Source: Thermoplasmata archaeon (GTDB taxonomy: Archaea > Thermoplasmatota > Thermoplasmata > Thermoplasmatales > GCA-001856825). From it: a stretch of 64,000 bases of DNA. Where the stretch lies: NCBI GenBank assembly GCA_021792255.1, contig JAJYUZ010000003.1, positions 96,001-160,000 of the forward strand. Reading direction: 5' to 3'. This document shows positions 18,037-28,763 of this stretch, piece after piece. The first letter of the stretch is position 1. Each line of letters starts with the position of its first letter. Under the pieces are notes generated by a model. The model did no database searches and had not been told where the DNA came from. It saw only the letters and a list, made by a program, of their open reading frames with translations. Position numbers and translations under genes: made by a program.

Positions 18037-19407
18037 ATGATTGTCAAGAACAAGTATAGTGGCGATCAATTTATCGAACTAAAAGATACGAACCTAGTAG
18101 ACGCAGAGACAACCTTGAACAGAGCTAAAAAGGCATTTCAAGAGATGAAAGAGCTTCCCTCTTTTGAGCGATATGAAGCCCTCTTAAGAGTATCAAAAGA
18201 GTTAGAAAACAGAAGAGAGGAGTTTGCGAAAATAATCTCAAACGAAGCGGGAAAGCCGATTAAATACTCTAGGGGAGAGGCAAGAAGAGCATCTATTACT
18301 ATGCTTTTTTCAGCGGAAGAATCTAAGAGGATTTACGGAGAGACTATTCCTATGGATGTAGAGTCTCGCGGAAAGAACAGATATGCCTATTACAACAGGG
18401 TCCCGATAGGTCCCGTCTTTGCAATCACGCCTTTTAATGATCCCTTGAACCTGGTCGCACACAAGGTAGGACCTGCACTTGCTGCGGGTAACTCGATAGT
18501 GAACAAACCCGCCTCCTTGACTCCTTACTCTGGTTATAGACTCAATGAAATAGTCAACAACTCTGGACTTCCGGAATATGCAATGCAGACCGTCGTTGGA
18601 TCTGGCGGAGGGGAAGTGACGAACTACTTCTTGAATTCTGAAGATGTCAAAATGGTGACCTTCACGGGAGGAGTTGAGGCTGCTGACAGACTGATCAAGA
18701 AAGCGGGGATCAAGAAATATTCTATGGAATTAGGGAGTAACTCACCAGTCATAGTCTGGAACGATGCGGATCTTGAGCTTGCCACCGATGCAATAGTGGA
18801 CGCTGCAATGGAATCGCAGGGGCAGAACTGTATCCACTCTCAAAGAATACTTATCCACAGGGAAATATATGACGATCTGTCCAAGAGACTGGTAGAGAAA
18901 GTAGCCAAACTAAAGGTGGGCGATCCCTTGGACGATTCGACCGATATTGGACCGATGATTGCAGAAAGTGAAGCCATACGAGTGGAGAAGGAAGTCAATA
19001 ACGCGGTAACTCACGGGGCGGAAGTACTGATTGGCGGTAAGAGGAATGGAAGATTTTACCAACCGACGCTAATGGCGAAAGTGAGCCACGACATGGGACT
19101 GTGGCATAACGAGATATTTGGTCCCGTCTCGATTCTTCAGCCCATCGAGGATTTTGAAGATGCGATCACCATGGCCAATGATGTCCCATATGGTTTGCAG
19201 GCGGGAATCTATACCAACAACCTGGATATCGCAATGAAGGCGATCCAGAAACTAGATTTTGGAGCCGTACTCATCAATGACACCTCAGATTTTAGAGTGG
19301 ACGTCATGCCCTTTGGTGGTATGAAACTGAGTGGACTCGGCAGAGAGGGCATCAGATTTGCCATCGAAGAAATGACCGAGATAAAACTCGCAATCTTCAG
19401 GAAGTGA
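18037..19407 (+). CDS. NAD(P)-dependent aldehyde dehydrogenase
   Basis: ITPFNDP, FTGG, MELGSNSP (Glu), GQNC (Cys), EIFGPV, PFGGMKLSGLGREG. Confidence 0.95.
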   Translation: MIVKNKYSGDQFIELKDTNLVDAETTLNRAKKAFQEMKELPSFERYEALLRVSKELENRREEFAKIISNEAGKPIKYSRGEARRASITMLFSAEESKRIYGETIPMDVESRGKNRYAYYNRVPIGPVFAITPFNDPLNLVAHKVGPALAAGNSIVNKPASLTPYSGYRLNEIVNNSGLPEYAMQTVVGSGGGEVTNYFLNSEDVKMVTFTGGVEAADRLIKKAGIKKYSMELGSNSPVIVWNDADLELATDAIVDAAMESQGQNCIHSQRILIHREIYDDLSKRLVEKVAKLKVGDPLDDSTDIGPMIAESEAIRVEKEVNNAVTHGAEVLIGGKRNGRFYQPTLMAKVSHDMGLWHNEIFGPVSILQPIEDFEDAITMANDVPYGLQAGIYTNNLDIAMKAIQKLDFGAVLINDTSDFRVDVMPFGGMKLSGLGREGIRFAIEEMTEIKLAIFRK

Positions 19408-19614
19408 AACGTAGAAAAATAACATCTTTCGGCAAGAAACGACTGTCATTTGAGAGGAGAAAGGAGGAACGTGTCAGAAGACATTAGAGTTTGAAAAAGT
19501 GATGGAGCACCCGGACCAATAATTGCTAGAACGCTTGACTTCATCCTGATCGGTAGTAACAAGGAACAATTTAGCCCTAGTATGAAAATTCTAACTAATC
19601 TTTCTAGAGGAGAT

Positions 19615-20754
19615 CTAAGACATCGAGACTAGATACATTTGAATTGCATCAAGTCCAGTATCAATAGCTTCTAATGATCCCGAGAATGATATTCGAATGT
19701 GTCCTTCTCCCGTTTTCCCAAATGCAATTCCTGGCAGTACTGCGACCTGATACTTATCCAATAGTCCCTTTGCCAAGTCCTCTGATTTCATCTTAACTTC
19801 GTACGATGGAAAAGCATAGAATGCTCCTTCGATGGGATAAGTCTTTAACTTCCCTATTTCAGAGAGCCTCTTTTCTACGTGTATCTTCTTTTTCCTAAAG
19901 TCTTCCCTGAATTCACTTATGAAACGATCCCCACTTCTTAACGCGTATGCAGACGCCTTCTGAATGAATGGAGGCGAACAGGTATAGGTATGTTCAATGA
20001 CCCTCGCAATATTGGTTATCACATCTCGATGTGCGATCGTATAGCCGGCCCTCCAGCCGGTCATCGAATAGCTCTTTGACAGACTGAAAATTGTTATAAC
20101 CAAGTCTGGGTGGTCCTCAAGAGATCCGATCGAGAAGTGTTCCTTCTCATAGACAAGATCTTCGTAAGCCTCATCACTTATTATTTTGATTCCTTTGGAC
20201 TTGCAGGCTTCGTACAACTCTTTGAGATCCTTCTTGTCCAGGATTCTTCCGGTGGGATTACCTGGTGAATTTATCATGACAGCAGCAGTCTTGTCGTCAA
20301 GCATCGAAGTGACATTTGAGATGCTGAAAGAGAGATCGCTTCTGAGAGGGTACCTAACTGGAGTCAAACCTGCAAGAAGCGCTGGTTCGGTATAGAAATA
20401 GCCTGGATCGGGAATCAGTATCTTTGGTCTCCTCCCAGCAATTGCCATCATCGCGGCGTAGATGCTTTGCTTAGCCGTTATGAAAACTGTGTTTTCTAAA
20501 GTCGCTTTGATGTTATTTTTTCTGTTGACCTTTTCCACTATTGCGTCCCTGACATCCTTTATTCCGTACGATGAAGTGTAGTGCGTTTCCCCCTCATTCA
20601 TGCTCTTGTACGCAACCTCTATTATTTCTTTTGGAGTTTTGAAAATGGGCTCACCTATCGCAAGAGAAGTAACTTTTTCACCTCTTGCGAGTTTTTGAAG
20701 TACCGTGTTTACGACTTCAAGAGATGGAGAACCTTCTAACTCGCTAATGAACAT
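19615..20754 (-). CDS. PLP-dependent aminotransferase class I/II (aspartate aminotransferase-like)
   Basis: INSPGNPTG, SDEAY, SLSKSYSMTGWRAG, IRISF. Confidence 0.93.
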   Translation of the reverse strand: MFISELEGSPSLEVVNTVLQKLARGEKVTSLAIGEPIFKTPKEIIEVAYKSMNEGETHYTSSYGIKDVRDAIVEKVNRKNNIKATLENTVFITAKQSIYAAMMAIAGRRPKILIPDPGYFYTEPALLAGLTPVRYPLRSDLSFSISNVTSMLDDKTAAVMINSPGNPTGRILDKKDLKELYEACKSKGIKIISDEAYEDLVYEKEHFSIGSLEDHPDLVITIFSLSKSYSMTGWRAGYTIAHRDVITNIARVIEHTYTCSPPFIQKASAYALRSGDRFISEFREDFRKKKIHVEKRLSEIGKLKTYPIEGAFYAFPSYEVKMKSEDLAKGLLDKYQVAVLPGIAFGKTGEGHIRISFSGSLEAIDTGLDAIQMYLVSMS

Positions 20755-20894
20755 GACAAGAAATCTCTGACTCATATAAAAGGAATGATTCTAATCTGTT
20801 CTTTCACCCAAATGTGACATAATTGGTATTCAAATTGGACCCTCTGTTGAGGTTCTCACGACAAGCTCTAAATATAGGTCACCGTTGCAATTAT

Positions 20895-21260
20895 ATGGTC
20901 GATCTAAAGAAACTATCTTGGTCAGAAGTCAAGTCAGAGAAGCTTACCGAACTGCTTTCCAGAAAGCTGATCTATGGAGACAGAGTGATGCTCGCAGAGG
21001 TCAGGTTGAAGAAAGGAACTGTTGTGCCAGAACATCACCACGAGAGTGAACAACTTACGTGGATAACGAAGGGAGGACTCCTGTTTGAAATAGACGGAAA
21101 GACAATCAAAGTTATGGAAGGAGAAGTTCTGGTGATTCCATCAAACAAGCCTCACAAGGCCACCGCTCTAGAAGACACAATAGACATGGACATCTTTAGC
21201 CCGATAAGAGAGGACTGGCTGACCGGAAATGACCAATACCTCAGAGGCGGAAAGAGTTAG
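20895..21260 (+). CDS. Cupin domain protein
   Basis: VPEHHHESEQ..G and IPSNKPH metal-binding motifs, DIFSPIRED. Confidence 0.9.
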   Translation: MVDLKKLSWSEVKSEKLTELLSRKLIYGDRVMLAEVRLKKGTVVPEHHHESEQLTWITKGGLLFEIDGKTIKVMEGEVLVIPSNKPHKATALEDTIDMDIFSPIREDWLTGNDQYLRGGKS

Positions 21261-21760
21261 ACCTGAACTACTTCGGTCTTAACTCCGTGCGAGACTATGT
21301 AGAGCGCAGGACACTTAGTGGAATTCTTGATTATCTCTCTTATGTCCTTGTCAGCCTCTATCTCGATCTTCAGTTCCTTTACAAGAGGAAAGTCACTTGG
21401 TTGAAGCATCGGACCTATGTCATAAAAAAGATGAGCCTTGAGCTTGAGCTTGCTTAGTTTCACGCCCTTGAGAGAAGCAGAAAGAACTATGGAAGAGGAA
21501 TAGCAGGACATTACACCCAACAAAAGATAATTGAGTGGACTCGTATATACTCCCTTCCCGCCAAGAACTGTAGGCTCGTCAACGCCCATATTGAAGGTAG
21601 CAAAGTTAGAGGACAATGTCGCTGTGAACATCGGACTACCATCGAAGTGAAACTCTCCTTCCACGTGCTTTTCGACAGCGAAGTGTCCGCCATCGGCTTC
21701 CACTTTCTTCTTGGTCTCCCTTACTACGCTTAGATCCAGATTATTTACAATTTCGGGCAT
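21257..21760 (-). CDS. OsmC family protein
   Basis: DEP.VLGG.G...SP..YLL.G..SC and a second Cys in KCP. Confidence 0.85.
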   Translation of the reverse strand: MPEIVNNLDLSVVRETKKKVEADGGHFAVEKHVEGEFHFDGSPMFTATLSSNFATFNMGVDEPTVLGGKGVYTSPLNYLLLGVMSCYSSSIVLSASLKGVKLSKLKLKAHLFYDIGPMLQPSDFPLVKELKIEIEADKDIREIIKNSTKCPALYIVSHGVKTEVVQV

Positions 21761-22045
21761 AATATATCGCCATTTACACAGCCCTCGTGTCTATTTATAA
21801 TTTTGTCGGTTCGTTCCGAAGTTCATACTACCTTATCTTCTTCACAACGCTGAATCTGCCTTAGTCGAGATACTAGCTCCTGGGGTGTAACTTTTCGATT
21901 AAAAAAGAGAGCAGACCGGTCAATCATACTTAGAAAATTCTGGAAGATGTTTCTCAGATTATTTCCGGTCAAAGTGGAAAGAGTCGGTTAGACCATATCT
22001 TTAGTCGTGGCCTGACCCATTTCCATGGGTCTACAGAGACCAGGC

Positions 22046-22079
22046 AAAAGAAGAAGGCACCTTCGACATCTGAAGGTGC
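22046..22079 (-). terminator. Putative terminator of the aminotransferase gene
   Basis: GCACCTTC-7 nt-GAAGGTGC perfect stem starting at the stop codon, followed by CTTCTTCTTTT on the minus strand. Confidence 0.5.
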
Positions 22080-23281
22080 TACTTACCTGCAGTCTCGAAT
22101 ACCTTGCCCAATCTCTTGATGCCCTCTACTATATTTTCGTCGCTACTGTAAGTGTAATTGAGCCTCATCGATTCGTGGTTGTCGCCATCAGGATAGAACT
22201 CTGATCCTACAACGTAGAGAACTTTCTTCTTTATCGCCTCTTGGAGCATTTTATCCGTATTGGCCCCCTTCTTGGTCACCCAGATGAACATTCCACCGTC
22301 TGGTCTGGTAAACTCGACACCATTCGGAAGATATTCTTCAAGGGACTCTATCATTAAGTCTCTTTTCCGTCTGTACAGTTCTATAACATTTGGAATCCAT
22401 CTATCGATGTACCCACCGGATACGTAAGCTTCAGCCAAGTATTCGGATATTGTACTGGAAGCTAGATCTAGGGCCTGTTTGACCATCTTCAGTTTGTCCA
22501 CCAGATCGTGGGAAGTGATTACATATCCCAGCCTGAATCCGGGAGCCAGTACCTTTGAAAACGTCCCGAGAAAAGTCACAATGTTGTTCTTATCCAGTGC
22601 CTTGAGAGGAGGTAGCTGAGTACCTGAGAACCTCAAACTTCCATAGGGATCATCTTCCATCACCAATATTCCATTTTCCGAGGCAATCTCTAGAAGTTCC
22701 TTTCTCCTTTCCAGGTTCATTGAAATACCTGTGGGGTTCTGGAAGTTTGGCAACACGTACATGAACTTCGGGTTTGGATACTTCTTTAGCGTCTGTCTCA
22801 GGGAATCCATCTTCATCCCATTTCTGTCAATTTCCACGCCGACCATTCTCACCCCCGAAGCTTTGAAGGCAGTTATTGCCCCGAGATACGTTGGTGCCTC
22901 CGAGATAACATAGTCGCCTGGATTTGCCAATATTTTTCCCAGTAAATATAGGGCTTCCTGAGAACCCGCAGTCTGAACAATATCTGTTGGATCGCACTCT
23001 ATTCCCTGCTGTTGTTTCATCCTCTTGGCCAGTGCAACGCTCAGTGTGTTCAACCCTTCCGTCGAACCGTACTGCAGCATTTTCCTGCCGCTCTTTGTGA
23101 TTAGCTCATCGAATATTTTCTTCACATCATCTACCGGAAACGATTCCGGATTCGGAAGGCCCCCTCCAAAAGATATCATTTCTGGGTCTCCTATCGCTTT
23201 AAGAATAGATTCGATTGCAGAGGGTTTCATCGAATTTACTATCGTTGAGAACTCTCTCTTAACTGACAAATTCGTGACCAT
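22079..23281 (-). CDS. PLP-dependent aminotransferase, 2-aminoadipate/aromatic (LysN/KAT-II-like)
   Basis: ISFGGGLPNP, PNFQNPTG, EDDPYG, GTFSKVLAPGFRLG, RLNY. Confidence 0.9.
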   Translation of the reverse strand: MVTNLSVKREFSTIVNSMKPSAIESILKAIGDPEMISFGGGLPNPESFPVDDVKKIFDELITKSGRKMLQYGSTEGLNTLSVALAKRMKQQQGIECDPTDIVQTAGSQEALYLLGKILANPGDYVISEAPTYLGAITAFKASGVRMVGVEIDRNGMKMDSLRQTLKKYPNPKFMYVLPNFQNPTGISMNLERRKELLEIASENGILVMEDDPYGSLRFSGTQLPPLKALDKNNIVTFLGTFSKVLAPGFRLGYVITSHDLVDKLKMVKQALDLASSTISEYLAEAYVSGGYIDRWIPNVIELYRRKRDLMIESLEEYLPNGVEFTRPDGGMFIWVTKKGANTDKMLQEAIKKKVLYVVGSEFYPDGDNHESMRLNYTYSSDENIVEGIKRLGKVFETAGK

Positions 23282-23574
23282 GGAATTTGATGTGATTTGA
23301 CAGTAAAAATATTTCTACGGTTTTTTGAGAGATGGGGGACCAAAATGCATAAATGATATCACACTCAGTAGGACAAACTAGAATATCTCCATCTTCTCAG
23401 ATCAAATGTCAGCAGACCATCTGAAAAACGACGCCCAGAAATAGTCTTTCTCTATTCATGCTTCTCAGCCCTCAGCGACTGTGTACGTGCGAACCATTTC
23501 AGCAAAGTGGAGTGAATGAAAATCGGGAAAAGAAATTAAAAGGAAAAAAATAAAAAAACTACCTATTTCCGTTC

Positions 23575-25200
23575 CTATTGGGTAATGTCTTCGACGCCCT
23601 TGAAATGACTGCTTCCCTTCACGCCAGAGTAGACCCCGATGTAGTAGAACACGATTGTGACTATGATGAACACGACCGTATCCCAGGGGAAAGGCACCAA
23701 ATTGATTCCGGCGAAGAACGAGCTGCCTATGTACGAGAATCCAAGGATGAATAGCATGAAGACTGGCATCCATATTCCATACAGGAGCCCCTTTCCGCTT
23801 GTCTTGTTGTATCTGTTATAAACAAGCAGGAGCAGTATCCCAGCGAGGTCTAGCGGTATCACGATTTCTATTGCCTTGAACCCAGACCAAAAGACCATCA
23901 GGTTTGTGACGACGAATGCAAACGGTGCAAGCACACCCGCCATGGGAAGTTTGTACGGCCTCTTTGCATTGGGTGCCGTTTTCCTGAATACAGATAAACT
24001 GATAATTCCTGGCGCGTACGATAGGAGGAAAGCATCGACCATCAATCCGATGATGGTTGCAAGGGACCTTCCCAGAGCGACGAGTACCAGAGATACTATC
24101 ACCACGAGGATTACGGAGTAAGTCGGAACTCCGCGTCCACTTACGTGACCCATAGTTTTCGGAAAGTATTTGTCTTCCCTTCCCAGTATTTGACCTACTC
24201 TTGCTGCGCCACCATAGTAGATGATACCGTCTTTGAATGTTGCCAAGAGAGCGACCACTACTGCTACAATCACTATCGCAGGAATCACAAGCACTTGGGC
24301 TTCAGATGCATACGGAGAACCAAAGCTTAGGAAATCGGACCACTGGCTTACCCCGAATGCTCCAAAGTTTGCCGCACCCACGAATATGAATGCAAGAAGG
24401 GCGTATATGACTCCAGAAATTACTATAGAGAGCACAACTGCCTTCGGTATGCTCTTTCCTGGGTTTTTCACTTCCTCAGCATAGTCTATCGGCTGTCTGA
24501 ATCCTCCGTACCCGAATATCGTAAGGGTGATTGCCGTGAAGAAGCCTACGGCACCGTATGGAGCTATTCCTCCAAGTGCACTCGAATTGAAGTTAGATCC
24601 GTGGAAGAAGAATCCAAGTCCTATTACCAGTGCTGCAATGAGAACGACCGTGACGACGGTCAACCAGTTGTTTATTGCACCCATATGCTTGATTCTTAGC
24701 ATGTTGATCAAGAAGACCGCAACGAGCACTATCTCAGAAACAGCTATACCCTCAAGCGAAAGGAATCCCCCAGAATACATTGACGGATAATAGAAGCTCA
24801 AATACTCTACGAAGGAGAATACCACCACAGGTGAAACCAGGAGATATCCTACGAAGGCGGACCATCCATTGATTGCACCCACAAGTGGACCATTACTTCT
24901 CGATGGATAGTATGCAACTCCACCTGCTTTTGGCCACGTTGTCCCGAGTTCCGAGTATGCAAGTCCTACGGGTATGAGCATAGCCATTGCTACAAACCAC
25001 GACAGGATCCCGAGGGGTCCTGCAAAGGCAACTGTAAACACTGGTGCGAAGGCCACTGCGGGACCCAGAATCGCCCCCAGAGCGAGAAATACGACACTCC
25101 AAGTCCCCAAATCCTTTCTGTATCCAGACACTTTCGGAGCTTCGGTTCCAGGTTCTTTCGAACCTGAAGGAAGCCCCCCACTTTTCACTTGTTCACTCAT
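23575..25200 (-). CDS. APC family amino-acid/amine permease
   Basis: GAILGP, YSELGT.WPKAGG, YGGFRQPIDYAEEVKNP, RPYKLP; many hydrophobic segments. Confidence 0.93.
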   Translation of the reverse strand: MSEQVKSGGLPSGSKEPGTEAPKVSGYRKDLGTWSVVFLALGAILGPAVAFAPVFTVAFAGPLGILSWFVAMAMLIPVGLAYSELGTTWPKAGGVAYYPSRSNGPLVGAINGWSAFVGYLLVSPVVVFSFVEYLSFYYPSMYSGGFLSLEGIAVSEIVLVAVFLINMLRIKHMGAINNWLTVVTVVLIAALVIGLGFFFHGSNFNSSALGGIAPYGAVGFFTAITLTIFGYGGFRQPIDYAEEVKNPGKSIPKAVVLSIVISGVIYALLAFIFVGAANFGAFGVSQWSDFLSFGSPYASEAQVLVIPAIVIVAVVVALLATFKDGIIYYGGAARVGQILGREDKYFPKTMGHVSGRGVPTYSVILVVIVSLVLVALGRSLATIIGLMVDAFLLSYAPGIISLSVFRKTAPNAKRPYKLPMAGVLAPFAFVVTNLMVFWSGFKAIEIVIPLDLAGILLLLVYNRYNKTSGKGLLYGIWMPVFMLFILGFSYIGSSFFAGINLVPFPWDTVVFIIVTIVFYYIGVYSGVKGSSHFKGVEDITQ

Positions 25201-25212
25201 TTTTTTTACACC

Positions 25213-25866
25213 TCAATAAACGTCCATGGCTACGACCCTCGCCATGGCTCCACTCGCTTTAAAAATCTTGAGCGGAAGAGCGGCAATTAGGTATTTTTTT
25301 CCTTCCTTGAGCTGGTCCAAGCCTGCTAGATCTTCGATGAAGGCAAATCCGTGCGACAGAAGCGCTTTATGAACCTTAAAGTCCGCATGACTGTAAGGCT
25401 CTATCCCGAGCGTGTCTATTCCGATTAGCTTTGGCTTGTGTTTTATTAGAAAATCGACCGTATCTAGTGCAAGCCCCGGGAACTCGTACTGAAACTCCCT
25501 GGTAAATCCCCTCTTCTTGTCCCATCCCGTATTGATGAGTACTATTTTTCCGTCATACTCATCCTTCCACTTATTTTTCAGGTGTTTCAGAGTAATTTCA
25601 GTTCCGTCAGTTTTGGGTCTGATCACATAGCCTTCTCCGACTAGTTGCTTCAGGGGGAGATCGTCTACTGTCGTCATGGTTTCAATCATGTGGTATGGTG
25701 CGTCGATGTGGGTACCGCTGTGTGTGACAGAAGAATAAGACTCCACATTGTAACCATCTCGAGCCGCGATGCCTATTGGAGCCACACTCAAAAGAGGATT
25801 TGTTGGCCACAAAGGCATATAGGTTTTGAGGGTTACGCTCAGGTCGAAAATACCCCTAATTTCCAT
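25213..25866 (-). CDS. Cyclase-family metal hydrolase (kynurenine formamidase-like)
   Basis: HSGTHIDAPYH, GIDT, IEDL, ALPLK motifs. Confidence 0.92.
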   Translation of the reverse strand: MEIRGIFDLSVTLKTYMPLWPTNPLLSVAPIGIAARDGYNVESYSSVTHSGTHIDAPYHMIETMTTVDDLPLKQLVGEGYVIRPKTDGTEITLKHLKNKWKDEYDGKIVLINTGWDKKRGFTREFQYEFPGLALDTVDFLIKHKPKLIGIDTLGIEPYSHADFKVHKALLSHGFAFIEDLAGLDQLKEGKKYLIAALPLKIFKASGAMARVVAMDVY

Positions 25867-26164
25867 CAAGACAAATAATTTAACGATGTATTAAGTTTAT
25901 CGGTAAGCGCTTGATTTCTCGCACTGGACAACATCTGAAGACATTCGTCTTCGAGACAATCTTCCTCACAAAGCTTCCTTGACAATCAAAATTCTCCAGT
26001 AAAGAACAATCATCCAAATTGATGATGCTATTTTTAACCAAGTCGACTATAGTTCTAAGAGCAGGAAAGTTAGGCTGAATTTTAAAAAATCGAAAACATT
26101 TTGGACTTATAAACAAGTTAATATATATTAAAATTCATAACACAGATGGGGGTTTTAGCATAAC

Positions 26165-27760
26165 ATGACTCAAACGGAAGAAGCAGCAATTAAACCTACA
26201 CAGGTGGAAAAGAGAGAATACAGAAAGGAGCTAAATTTTTGGCATATTGTGTTCTTGACAGTAGGAGCAATTTTTGGATCCGCTGTTGCTTTTGTCCCTG
26301 TCTATGTATTAGCATATGGGGGGCCAGCAGGTATATTGGCATGGCCTATCGCCTTCCTGCTCATTTTGCCGATAGCTTTCCTGTATGTAGAATTAGGAAC
26401 TATGTGGCCTAGATCAGGTGGAATCGCTTATTATCCTGCGCGTAGCCACGGCAGCGTCGTCGGCTTGATGAACGGATGGAGTACCTACATTGGCTACACA
26501 CTTGCGCTGCCGACAGAAGTCGCAGTCGTCGTGGAATATTTCGGGTTCTACTATGCTCCACTGTATTCAAACGGATCTATTACAGCACTCGGAATTCTTT
26601 TGGGAGTAGTAATACTTGCATTGATATTTATCGTAGAAATACGACACGTAAAGGTCATTGGAAATGTAAACAATGGTTTTACAATCGCAAAAGTCCTGCT
26701 GATGGTAATAATAGCACTCGCACTCATATCATTCTTCAACGGTAAGAATCTCACCGCCTTTGGGGGCTTCGCACCCTTTGGATTTCCCGGTATCTTCCTG
26801 GCCATCTCAGCCACCATATTCGCTTATGCTGGCTTCAGGCAGCCAGTAGACTATGCCGAAGAAATCAAAGAGCCAGGCAAGGTTCTCCCGAAAGCAATTG
26901 GAATCTCTTTAGTCATCGTAATGATCTTGTACATCCTTGAAAGCGTCGCCTTCGTGGGAACAATTAACTGGACAAAGCTCAGTCTTCCTAGCGGTGGATG
27001 GGCAAACCTATTCAGTCTGAGCTCTCCATATACGAGCGCCTCGGTCAATGTAGGATTGGTCGCGTTCGGAGTCTTAGCCGTGATCGTGATCATAATTGCG
27101 TCGTTCAGTGATGGAATCGTTTACTGGGGTGGGGCTGCCCGAGTCGGCAATACCCTCTCTAGATACGACAGATATTTCCCGGATTTCTTCTCCAACCTTA
27201 GCAAGAGAGGGATTCCATTCAATTCGGTAGTTGTCGTATTCCTGATTGCGGTTTTCTATCTGATCCTTCTTCCGTCTTTTGCATCTCTAATTGGTGTCTT
27301 CATAGATGCTGTCGTTATCTCCTATGCGCAGTCAGCAATTAGTCTTGCCATATTCAGGAAAAAGTTTCCTAACGAAAACAGACCATACAAGTTACCATTT
27401 TACAGAGTCATGGCTCCGCTGGCGTATGTCATTGCCGGACTCTTGGTGTACTGGTCGGGTTTCCACGCGATAATGATCGCGATCCCATCCGTCTTTGTTG
27501 GACTGCTATTCTTGATCATCGCAAGGAAAAAGAACAATTTCGGCATGGCAGACCTGAAGGCAGGTATTTGGCTACCAATATATCTCGTCGTGATAGTGGC
27601 TCTATCCTACCTCGGGAGTTCGTATTTTTACGGCACAAACCTGATACCGTTCCCGTGGGATAATGTACTGTTCGCTATCGTTACCTTGGTCTTCTATTAT
27701 TGGGGATACTACTCTGGAATGAAGTACGAGGGAAAAGGAGTCGTTGACGCACCCGCTTGA
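26165..27760 (+). CDS. APC family amino-acid/amine permease (paralog of 23575-25200)
   Basis: GAIFGS, YVELGTMWPRSGG, YAGFRQPVDYAEEIKEP, RPYKLP. Confidence 0.93.
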   Translation: MTQTEEAAIKPTQVEKREYRKELNFWHIVFLTVGAIFGSAVAFVPVYVLAYGGPAGILAWPIAFLLILPIAFLYVELGTMWPRSGGIAYYPARSHGSVVGLMNGWSTYIGYTLALPTEVAVVVEYFGFYYAPLYSNGSITALGILLGVVILALIFIVEIRHVKVIGNVNNGFTIAKVLLMVIIALALISFFNGKNLTAFGGFAPFGFPGIFLAISATIFAYAGFRQPVDYAEEIKEPGKVLPKAIGISLVIVMILYILESVAFVGTINWTKLSLPSGGWANLFSLSSPYTSASVNVGLVAFGVLAVIVIIIASFSDGIVYWGGAARVGNTLSRYDRYFPDFFSNLSKRGIPFNSVVVVFLIAVFYLILLPSFASLIGVFIDAVVISYAQSAISLAIFRKKFPNENRPYKLPFYRVMAPLAYVIAGLLVYWSGFHAIMIAIPSVFVGLLFLIIARKKNNFGMADLKAGIWLPIYLVVIVALSYLGSSYFYGTNLIPFPWDNVLFAIVTLVFYYWGYYSGMKYEGKGVVDAPA

Positions 27761-27932
27761 TCTTTTTATTTTTCTTTTTTCTTTACCCTATTTTCCCATT
27801 TTTTTAAAATTAATCTCCACAGTTAACGAATATGCATTTCCCAAAATTTATGCCAATAATTTGCTACTGTGTGATCGGCTGTCTGATTTAAGTGCAGATA
27901 GTTTAAAGTAAAAGAATCAGATTGAATCCCAT

Positions 27933-28583
27933 ATGAAAGTTAGAGCAATATACGATCTAAGCGTGACAATCGAACCAGGGATGGCGACATGGCCGACAAA
28001 TCCAGAGGTTGTACTGAACCAGGAATGGACCTATGAGAAAGATGGATACAAAGAAGAAATGTACTCCTCTTCAACTCACACCGGAACACACTTTGATGCT
28101 CCAATCCACATGTTCAAGGAAGGCCAGTCTGTTGACCAACTTGATCTGCGAATGCTTGTTTCGGAAGGATACTGCATTCGCCCGAAATTCTCGGGGACCG
28201 AAATTCATCTCGACGATATCAAAAAAGTGTGGAATGAAAACTACGACGGCAAAACGATTTTGATAAATACGGGCTGGGACAAGAAGCGCTCAAAGAGCGA
28301 AGAATGGCAGTACAAGTTTCCGGGACTCGCTGAAGACACAATCGACTTCTTCGGCGAAAAGAAGATCAAATTAATAGGAATAGACACACTTGGAATTGAA
28401 GCAGCAGATCATACGACCTTCCCAGTGCACATCGGTCTTGAGAAGTACGGGATTACGTTTATAGAGGACATGCGAAATCTTGATCAGCTTCAAGCGGGAA
28501 AACCCTATCTCGTGGCGGCGCTGCCACTGAAACTAAAAGGCGCTAGCGGATCCATGTGTCGCACGGTGGCAATTGAACTGTAA
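27933..28583 (+). CDS. Cyclase-family metal hydrolase (paralog of 25213-25866)
   Basis: HTGTHFDAPIH, INTGWDKKR, GIDTLGIE, ALPLKL. Confidence 0.92.
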   Translation: MKVRAIYDLSVTIEPGMATWPTNPEVVLNQEWTYEKDGYKEEMYSSSTHTGTHFDAPIHMFKEGQSVDQLDLRMLVSEGYCIRPKFSGTEIHLDDIKKVWNENYDGKTILINTGWDKKRSKSEEWQYKFPGLAEDTIDFFGEKKIKLIGIDTLGIEAADHTTFPVHIGLEKYGITFIEDMRNLDQLQAGKPYLVAALPLKLKGASGSMCRTVAIEL

Positions 28584-28763
28584 AGTGCAATGTTGGTACA
28601 AAAGACTCTACATGCTGGATGCTTTGATACCGCTGCCTATCCTGAAATCCGTATCACAGATTGGATGTGAAGATTGAGTAAAGTGCAGAGGTATTTCTGA
28701 CGATGTGAATTCCTCTGAACACGAGCAAATCCGATCCTTTTTCCTCCCAACAGATGAATTATC

